This document shows positions 35,824 through 41,975 of a DNA stretch of 41,975 nucleotides, piece by piece (position 1 is the first letter of the stretch; every line of letters begins with the position of its first letter). The notes beneath the pieces are model-generated. The model saw only the letters and a list, made by a program, of their open reading frames with translations, was not told the DNA's origin and did no database searches. A program made the position numbers and the translations under genes. The stretch lies in the IMG/VR virus record IMGVR_UViG_3300049228_000080, positions 1-41,975 of that record; one strand, 5' to 3'. Source of the stretch: a virus. Its lineage: Duplodnaviria > Caudoviricetes.

Positions 35824-36678
35824 TCATTTCTGCACTTCCCTATCCGGACTATCACGCAACCCTCTAGCATAATCAACACCAGCAGCATAAAGCTTCTTCC
35901 AAGCGCACGTATAGTCATACCTTACCCCCTGTTCATTTGCTAGCCACTTGTCTTTTGTGACTCGCTCAACTACCTTCACAAAGCCCGGGAAACGGTTAGC
36001 GAGATATTGAACTGCTTCCCGCTGCATATCATGGGTTCTATAAATCGAACATCCACCTGGAGCTTGGCAGGGTCCATGGTCTTGGAAGTACGTAGTAAGG
36101 ATCGCGTTCGCTTGCCCACGCGCCAAGAGAGTGCAATTGAGTACCACGTCAGCCAAAATTGGAAATTGATCAACTTTAACACGTCCGATTTTCTCCCTGT
36201 TAATCCCCTGCATACAGATAATTCTACCGTTCAATCCGTACGGCTGCTTCGCATTCTGCCCCATCTGCCTTGGATGGACCCCCACCAGAGCATGCCAGTC
36301 CAGCAGCCCCTCTATCTGGTCGTACATAGGGGCCAGTAGTTCTGGGTTCTTTACTGAAACCAAACTTGTCTTTCCGTAGCCGACTTCAGTCGGCATACTG
36401 AATACCAGATCATCATCCATGATCAGGCATTTACTGTCCACGTGCCTTTGCCCGTCAGTTGGCAGACCATCAAGTATCCACTGCACTTTCTGGCTGTAAT
36501 TAGTGACAGTTTCAGGAGCTGCAATGATGTTAGCATACATCAATGGGTATGACATTACATAGTCATTGAATTCACTATTCCCCACTACCAGATAAGTTCT
36601 TAACTTTAGGTTAGAGGGTATCCACTTCAGCGTGTTGACCTTCCCCGCGCGCCCGCGCGACATAATGTAGATATTCAC
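35824..36678 (-). CDS. TAGT/GREB1-like GT-A glycosyltransferase
   Basis: IYIMSRGRA, IMDDD (DxD), DV...L and GGCSIYR motifs. Confidence 0.75.
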   Translation of the reverse strand: MNIYIMSRGRAGKVNTLKWIPSNLKLRTYLVVGNSEFNDYVMSYPLMYANIIAAPETVTNYSQKVQWILDGLPTDGQRHVDSKCLIMDDDLVFSMPTEVGYGKTSLVSVKNPELLAPMYDQIEGLLDWHALVGVHPRQMGQNAKQPYGLNGRIICMQGINREKIGRVKVDQFPILADVVLNCTLLARGQANAILTTYFQDHGPCQAPGGCSIYRTHDMQREAVQYLANRFPGFVKVVERVTKDKWLANEQGVRYDYTCAWKKLYAAGVDYARGLRDSPDREVQK

Positions 36679-36980
36679 TCTACGCCCCCTTTATGGCTCT
36701 TCTTTCCAGCAGCCCTCGCCTTTTCAACGTCGCTAAAAGATCTTTTACCCGCGGGAACCATCTTACCTCCCTTAGCACCAGCAACCCTAGCTTTTTCATG
36801 GTCCAGGGAGAATGTTCTCTTACGTGGGTCAACTGACAATCCACCCAACTTCCCCGCTGTAGCTGCCAAGCCCCTGTCTTTGCTGAAGCTACGATTTTCA
36901 GGCTTCACAGCCCTTCCTCCCATGCTGGCTATTTCCTTCTGTCTTTCCTTTGACAGACCAGCAAATCCTCTACCAGCCAT
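36675..36980 (-). CDS. KGG-repeat general stress protein-like
   Basis: RGFAGLS.ERQKEIASMGG and repeated RxFS...AGxxGG units. Confidence 0.85.
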   Translation of the reverse strand: MAGRGFAGLSKERQKEIASMGGRAVKPENRSFSKDRGLAATAGKLGGLSVDPRKRTFSLDHEKARVAGAKGGKMVPAGKRSFSDVEKARAAGKKSHKGGVE

Positions 36981-36981
36981 G

Positions 36982-37188
36982 TCACACCTCCGTTACGAAG
37001 TCAAGTAATTTTTCGGCATCAGCCCGCAAGTGTGGGTTTTTAATCAATGGAAGAATTTCGGCGGCAGCCTCGAGGTGAATCTGTGCTTGCTTGATGTGCT
37101 GACTGATATTCCTTATGAGCATCCTATCGTCAGCTTGTGCGATCGCACCTTGCCCACAAGGTGGGAACCCAAAGTCTTCGTATCCCAT
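36982..37188 (-). CDS. hypothetical protein
   Basis: 68 aa with purine-rich Shine-Dalgarno. Confidence 0.6.
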   Translation of the reverse strand: MGYEDFGFPPCGQGAIAQADDRMLIRNISQHIKQAQIHLEAAAEILPLIKNPHLRADAEKLLDFVTEV

Positions 37189-37213
37189 CGTCTTATTCCC
37201 CTTCGAAAAGTCA

Positions 37214-37240
37214 ACGGGCCTCCACTAAGGGAGGCCCGTA
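37214..37240 (-). terminator. hairpin terminator
   Basis: ACGGGCCTCC-6 nt-GGAGGCCCGT, then TGACTTTT on the minus strand. Confidence 0.6.
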
Positions 37241-37260
37241 TGGTACAGCTAGTGTACCCG

Positions 37261-37752
37261 TTACGCGGTCGGAGGTGCGTCTGCCGCCTTCGGCTCAGGC
37301 ACCTTTGGTGCCGGGACCGTTCCGCCGCTGAGGGAGATGAACCCCTCCTGTGCGAAGAAGCGAACCCAGCCGCGCGGAGGATCTTTTGGATTTTCCTTGT
37401 TGGCGTCTGCAAACTCCTGCACCTTCTTTCCATTGAAGGCTACGACCTTATCATACCACTCTTTCCGCTGGCCGCGGAGCTTGGAAGTGTCTTTTTCTGT
37501 GGTGATAGTGATCATGGCATCTGGGCGATAGCCATAGTCCTGTCGGGCAGCGCGGGGGGCCTTCGGGGCATTCGGATCAACGGGCGGCTTCGGCTCTTTT
37601 GGAGTCTTAGGGGCCTTTTCGGCCTTCGCTTCTTTCGGGGCTGTGGTCGTTGGGCTGTCGGGTGACCCGCCTGCCAGTGCCTTAGATTTCGGTGCCTTAC
37701 CCGTCGGCGGCGTCAGATCTGGAATTGCGCTCATTTTCTTACTTTCCTTCAT
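37261..37752 (-). CDS. K/A/P-rich protein, paralogue family A (copy 3)
   Basis: Histone-H1-like KAPK tail plus LRGQRKEWY...NGK...DPPRGWVRFF domain. Confidence 0.85.
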   Translation of the reverse strand: MKESKKMSAIPDLTPPTGKAPKSKALAGGSPDSPTTTAPKEAKAEKAPKTPKEPKPPVDPNAPKAPRAARQDYGYRPDAMITITTEKDTSKLRGQRKEWYDKVVAFNGKKVQEFADANKENPKDPPRGWVRFFAQEGFISLSGGTVPAPKVPEPKAADAPPTA

Positions 37753-37788
37753 TTGTATTACCTAGCGGACCGTTCAGTCCGTAATTTG

Positions 37789-37817
37789 ATTGTAACAGGA
37801 CTGGTCCCCTAGTGCAA
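37789..37817 (-). promoter_or_regulatory. sigma70-type promoter
   Basis: TTGCAC-N17-TACAAT with an extended -10 TG. Confidence 0.65.
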
Positions 37818-38078
37818 GGCCCCAGCCCGAATTGTGAAAACTTTTTTGCTCGGCCCCATTCCTCCTAGGGTCAACCCTAGGGGAGCTCCTTTAACAAATT
37901 CTTCCGGTTCTACCTCTAACCTCATGGCTCTACCCTGTACATAGTCAGGGTTGTACGATTTCAAGTAACTGGTCCCCGGCATAGTATATCCGCAAGCCCA
38001 TGTAGGGCTTGTGAGTGCCTTTTGCCAGACCACTATGTCGTGGCCATCGGCTAGAGGCACCCTTCTATTCTTCCCCAT
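37809..38078 (-). CDS. hypothetical protein
   Basis: 89 aa, overlapping the helicase stop. Confidence 0.55.
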   Translation of the reverse strand: MGKNRRVPLADGHDIVVWQKALTSPTWACGYTMPGTSYLKSYNPDYVQGRAMRLEVEPEEFVKGAPLGLTLGGMGPSKKVFTIRAGALH

Positions 38079-39618
38079 AATTTTCTCGTCTGTGCGCGTT
38101 CAGCCCCTTGAGAAATCCTTGCTGTGTTCTGTCCTTTGAATCTAGAATTTCCATTACCTCCTCATCTTTGGTGTCTTTGGCAATGATGTGATATACGAAG
38201 ACATGATCAGATTCCTGCCCTTGTCTATAAACTCTGGCAATAACCTGATCATAAAGCTCAAGATCCCAAGTAATGCCAAACATAATGATGTGATGGCACG
38301 CCCCTTGGAGGTTAAGACCATGACCCATACTTCTGGGGTGTCCGAGTAGTACTGGTAGTTCCCCGGCATTGAATAATTCAACAGTATCTTCCAACGACTT
38401 TCTACTAACTCCTCCACCGAGAACCGGCACAGGACCAATACGGGAAAGGATTCTGTCTCTATCGTGTATGAACTCATATACAACCAACGCCGGTCCCTGA
38501 ATCTCTTGGAGTAATGACTCCAATGCATCCAATTTGGCATCATGTAATTCTACCCAAGTATGGTCTTCGCGGTATAGGGCACCGTTGGCTACCTGCCGTA
38601 GCTTACCACCTACGATGGCCTTATTATTCGCGACTAGCTCTTCTTCGCCCCAATTCGCTAAAAATTCTCTGTCCAAGTCGTCGTAAAGTTTCCTCACTGA
38701 GTCCGGCAAGGTGATTTCCTTCCTTATCAGGATAAGGTCCGGCATCTGCAGATAGTCTTCTGCGCTCATCTGCAGAACTAATGGGCTGATCCGTTCTGTA
38801 ATTCGAGGCCATGAGTCCTCCTTTAGGCGCCAGTCGTAGAGATTGAACCCAGCTAGGTAGAAGAAGTCCCGCCTGAAGTGGGTAATAAACCTTCCTAATG
38901 CCCTCCCCAAATCTAAGATATAGACTTGCCCGAACAGATCTTCCGCACCATTCGGGGCCGGAGTGCCTGTAAGAATCCAACGCCTTTTGAAGTTCGGAAT
39001 GAAGGGCTTTAAGAGCTTGAATCTCTGCGTTTGGGTGTTTCCGAACCGACGGCTTTCGTCTATTACTAGGACGTCGTACTGGAGTAGTTTTGTCGGGTGA
39101 TTCTTTATGAGCCATGCAACCCCCTCTGGGTTTATCAGGTGTATATCAGTTGGCAAGCCTAAATTATACGCCTTGTCTTTTCCATGTACTATGGTATACG
39201 ACAACTCATTAAAGTCAGTCCACTTCTTTATCTCCGCCGGCCAAGTGAGATACATCGGAGCTATCGGTACTATGATCAATGCTCGCTTCATTAGACCCTT
39301 GTTCTTCAGGATCTTGAGAGCAGCCAACACTGTAGACGTCTTTCCTAGTCCGGGATCCAAGAATAGTCCCGCCGAGGCTTGCGATAGAAGCAAGCGCATC
39401 GCTCTTTTCTGGTACTCCTTCGGAGACCAAGGCTTCCCTAAGGATACTGACGGCAGTGTGGAAATTGTCTGCCCAGTAAGCTGGGATTCCCCTCCCTTTG
39501 AGCATTCTAAGTCTGAATGCTTGGATAGCGTCAGGGACTTCTCCTGGGCGTTTGAATTCGATAAAGATGGTGTGACCGGTTGGGGAAATGAAGAGTCTAT
39601 CGGGGTATCCGACATCAT
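38065..39618 (-). CDS. SNF2-family helicase (true start uncertain)
   Basis: YQ motif, LDPGLGKT, IDES, LTGTP, GHGLNLQ and QVIARVYRQGQ. Confidence 0.9.
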   Translation of the reverse strand: MMSDTPIDSSFPQPVTPSLSNSNAQEKSLTLSKHSDLECSKGGESQLTGQTISTLPSVSLGKPWSPKEYQKRAMRLLLSQASAGLFLDPGLGKTSTVLAALKILKNKGLMKRALIIVPIAPMYLTWPAEIKKWTDFNELSYTIVHGKDKAYNLGLPTDIHLINPEGVAWLIKNHPTKLLQYDVLVIDESRRFGNTQTQRFKLLKPFIPNFKRRWILTGTPAPNGAEDLFGQVYILDLGRALGRFITHFRRDFFYLAGFNLYDWRLKEDSWPRITERISPLVLQMSAEDYLQMPDLILIRKEITLPDSVRKLYDDLDREFLANWGEEELVANNKAIVGGKLRQVANGALYREDHTWVELHDAKLDALESLLQEIQGPALVVYEFIHDRDRILSRIGPVPVLGGGVSRKSLEDTVELFNAGELPVLLGHPRSMGHGLNLQGACHHIIMFGITWDLELYDQVIARVYRQGQESDHVFVYHIIAKDTKDEEVMEILDSKDRTQQGFLKGLNAHRRENYGEE

Positions 39619-39700
39619 AAAACCTTACCTTTACGACTAGGAAGCCGTTCTTCTTGGCCCAGCGACAAACATTGCCCTCAATGTCTTTTTCAAGAACCAT
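39215..39700 (-). CDS. VRR-NUC domain nuclease
   Basis: LEKDIE...GYPDRLF...IFIEFKRPG...Q. Confidence 0.85.
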   Translation of the reverse strand: MVLEKDIEGNVCRWAKKNGFLVVKVRFYDVGYPDRLFISPTGHTIFIEFKRPGEVPDAIQAFRLRMLKGRGIPAYWADNFHTAVSILREALVSEGVPEKSDALASIASLGGTILGSRTRKDVYSVGCSQDPEEQGSNEASIDHSTDSSDVSHLAGGDKEVD

Positions 39701-39908
39701 TTTCCTTCTCCATTCTTTCCGCGGCAGCGTCGTATTTCGCGCAGCAGACTCTGGCAAATAACTCTTTTTCTCCGTACACTTCAAGCAATGGATAGGTGTC
39801 ACTGTACTCTGCATCATCATGACATGAGCTACAGCACTGCTCGTCTGGAAAATCACTACAACTTAGAACCGACACGGTCCCCCCTTTGCACGACTGAACG
39901 CACACCAT
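39690..39908 (-). CDS. small Cys-rich protein
   Basis: CCSSCH and VCC; start uncertain. Confidence 0.5.
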   Translation of the reverse strand: MVCVQSCKGGTVSVLSCSDFPDEQCCSSCHDDAEYSDTYPLLEVYGEKELFARVCCAKYDAAAERMEKENGS

Positions 39909-40690
39909 CGACAGAGATACCCAGGGCTGGGGATCATATGTTCGGGGGTTTTTAGGACAGAAAGGAAGTGGGTGGCCTTATTCGTCCAACGCACCCGCAT
40001 GTCGTGCATCTGACCACGACTGTATGTCTGTTCTCTGAGCTGTCTATAGTCAACATAAACGTGGATCGCCCGCACGCTTTGCACAGAAGGGAATGCGGAG
40101 AAGACTGCGAGACTATAAAGCTCTCTTTGATCTTCGTGGTCCGGGTAGATCTTACCCGTTTTCCAGTCGTAGATGATAGTTTCTGTTGGTTCGCTTCCTG
40201 CATCAACTTCCTGGCCTGTGCTCTCTGTTTGTCCGACCAAGTTTCCTTGTCCCCCTTTACGTATAAGTATGAGGAGGTCAAGGACTCCTTTGTACCATCT
40301 TTCTTGACTTTCAGGGGCAACTTTCTCCCATCTAGCGTTGAGTGTGATCGTGTGTTCCGGGTAGATTTCATGTCGTTTAAGCTCAGTAAACCATTGAGTG
40401 TAGTATGATAACTTCTCTGGGAGAGAATTTCGTTCTCCTGTGAGGAACAGCTCAATGTCTTTGTGGAAGTTAACTCCTCTGTCCGCAGCTTCTCCTCTAA
40501 CTTCAGGTAGGCGATCCACGTACTTAAATCTCGCTTTGAGCTGGCACTTGTCATACGTTCCTAGTGCGCTTAAACTCCATGACTTTATGACCGTGGACGG
40601 CGATGCCGACTTTGTCGGAATCAATTCGGTAGATTCCGGTGTCGGAGTCGTTGGAGAAGGAGTAGGCGGGGGGACTAGGAATTGAGACAT
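39863..40690 (-). CDS. PD-(D/E)XK (RecB/Cas4-like) exonuclease
   Basis: SWSLS...C, RGVNFH, GVLD, YDWKTGK, Q..LY and CRWC..C. Confidence 0.85.
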   Translation of the reverse strand: MSQFLVPPPTPSPTTPTPESTELIPTKSASPSTVIKSWSLSALGTYDKCQLKARFKYVDRLPEVRGEAADRGVNFHKDIELFLTGERNSLPEKLSYYTQWFTELKRHEIYPEHTITLNARWEKVAPESQERWYKGVLDLLILIRKGGQGNLVGQTESTGQEVDAGSEPTETIIYDWKTGKIYPDHEDQRELYSLAVFSAFPSVQSVRAIHVYVDYRQLREQTYSRGQMHDMRVRWTNKATHFLSVLKTPEHMIPSPGYLCRWCAFSRAKGGPCRF

Positions 40691-40817
40691 CTGGTTTGTT
40701 CCATGGAAGTGGGGGAAGTTCTGGCTGCTCTACTCTTGGAGTCCAGTCTGTTTCTGGCTTTGTGGGTCTTACGAATGGTAAGGCTCCTAAGAGCCCTAGA
40801 AAACCTCTACGCTTCAC
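40551..40817 (-). CDS. Tat-signal protein carrying one tail-fibre-type repeat
   Basis: GTG after GAGGAG; MKRRGFLGLLGALPF; PAYSFSNDSDTGIYR. Confidence 0.65.
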   Translation of the reverse strand: MKRRGFLGLLGALPFVRPTKPETDWTPRVEQPELPPLPWNKPDVSIPSPPAYSFSNDSDTGIYRIDSDKVGIAVHGHKVMEFKRTRNV

Positions 40818-41004
40818 TTTTCTTCTCCTCAAACCCGTTTACGATCTCAACCCTCCGCCAGTCGATATCTCCTAAGAGCTTATATTCCATGTGCATGGGG
40901 AATTGTACTATTTTTCCATCCCCCAGCTGCCTAGCTCCCATTACGACAAGCTGGCCTGCATCCAGGGTTAGGGGGTTAACCCGTAAAAGACGTATTTGAG
41001 TCAC
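40807..41004 (-). CDS. hypothetical protein
   Basis: GTGA-coupled to the polA stop. Confidence 0.55.
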   Translation of the reverse strand: MTQIRLLRVNPLTLDAGQLVVMGARQLGDGKIVQFPMHMEYKLLGDIDWRRVEIVNGFEEKKSEA

Positions 41005-41975
41005 GTTACTTCCTCAATGTCAAACCAGTTTTCACCCATAAACCCTTCGCTCTTAAAAGGAACATCAAAACGATCGGCTTCCATAGCCACCTTGAGGATC
41101 CCCATATGCTGATTCCACTCTTCCTTTGGAGCAGATATGTTGATTTCATCATGAACAGTTGCGAGAAAAATGGCATCTTTTCCACGCGTTTCCTCCCAGT
41201 CTATGATAGATTCTTTTGTCTGATCGGCGGCGCTGCCTTGAATGAGGTAATTGAGGAGCTTATACGCGAAGTCTCTAATCCTTCCATCCACTTCTTTGCT
41301 GGGTTCCGTGTAGTAAAGACGGCCGCCCCACGTGCGGATCGGATTACCCGATTTTCCACGCCCTTGTACGTCATCCATGAGTTCTCGAACTCCGGGCATA
41401 GCTGCGAGATAGGCACTCTTAATTGCCGCCGACTCATCGTACGGTTGTCCAAGCTGGTGGGATAGTCCTGTGACTCCCGCTCCGTAGATGATGCTGAAGC
41501 CCGTGATTTTGATTGGTTTCCTCGCATACTCAACTCCGATCATAGCCTTGATAAGATCAATCGCCATCTGGTGGGGGTCTAGCTCTGGATTTGCACGATA
41601 TGCCTCGCACAAACTACCGTCTTCAAAGTGTGCAAGAATACGAATTTCTTGAGAAGAGAAATCTCGTTTGAGCCATATATGTCCCAATTCAGGCAGGCAA
41701 TAGCGTCGCATAAGAGGCAGCGGATGAAGCCCTGTGGGCACCGCAAGTGGAGTTCCGTCCTTGTAAGTGAACTCATTAGGGACATTTTGGAAGTTGGGAC
41801 TATCAGAGGATAGTCTCCCCGTTTGAGTACCCTTATTGTCTGTAAAAGCACCCCCCTCTCGGTACTGTTTAACCTGATTCCAATTTGGATGGACTCTACC
41901 ATCTTTCTCAGAGAGCGCCATCCAGGGACGCATGAAAGTCTGTAGGCAAGTCTTGAGCGCAGAGCGATATTCATG
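41001..41975 (-). CDS. polA: DNA polymerase A, polymerase domain (partial; frame open to window end)
   Basis: TGRLSS, DFSSQEIR, KITGFSIIYG, NYLIQGSAAD and VHDE motifs. Confidence 0.95.
   Translation of the reverse strand, partial: HEYRSALKTCLQTFMRPWMALSEKDGRVHPNWNQVKQYREGGAFTDNKGTQTGRLSSDSPNFQNVPNEFTYKDGTPLAVPTGLHPLPLMRRYCLPELGHIWLKRDFSSQEIRILAHFEDGSLCEAYRANPELDPHQMAIDLIKAMIGVEYARKPIKITGFSIIYGAGVTGLSHQLGQPYDESAAIKSAYLAAMPGVRELMDDVQGRGKSGNPIRTWGGRLYYTEPSKEVDGRIRDFAYKLLNYLIQGSAADQTKESIIDWEETRGKDAIFLATVHDEINISAPKEEWNQHMGILKVAMEADRFDVPFKSEGFMGENWFDIEEVT

Overview
This is a near-complete, circularly permuted genome of a lytic podovirus-like dsDNA phage. The family A DNA polymerase is split across the two window ends, and no integrase, repressor or CRISPR array is visible. 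Replication and nucleotide genes lie on the minus strand (30.3-42 kb and 0-2.9 kb): polA, PD-(D/E)XK nuclease, VRR-NUC, SNF2 helicase and SSB. A primase-VirE helicase, small early genes, an iteron-like non-coding region and a plus-strand virion and lysis operon (10.9-30.2 kb) follow. The main observations are: (1) a thymidine-hypermodification cluster encoding a dUMP hydroxymethylase-like synthase, a 5-hmdU DNA kinase/aGPT-PPlase1-like protein, a TAGT-like glycosyltransferase and a 2OG-Fe(II) dioxygenase; (2) a 640-bp transcription unit (9128-9768) almost free of TpC on both strands, abutting a TpC-enriched block near the probable genome end, whose gene is one of three dispersed paralogues; (3) a 69-nt tRNA-like element with a GAAA tetraloop instead of an anticodon loop, beside an Acb2/Tad1-like gene; (4) a small Tat-signal protein carrying one tail-fibre repeat. 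Family assignments come from motif recognition by eye, and no database searches were run.
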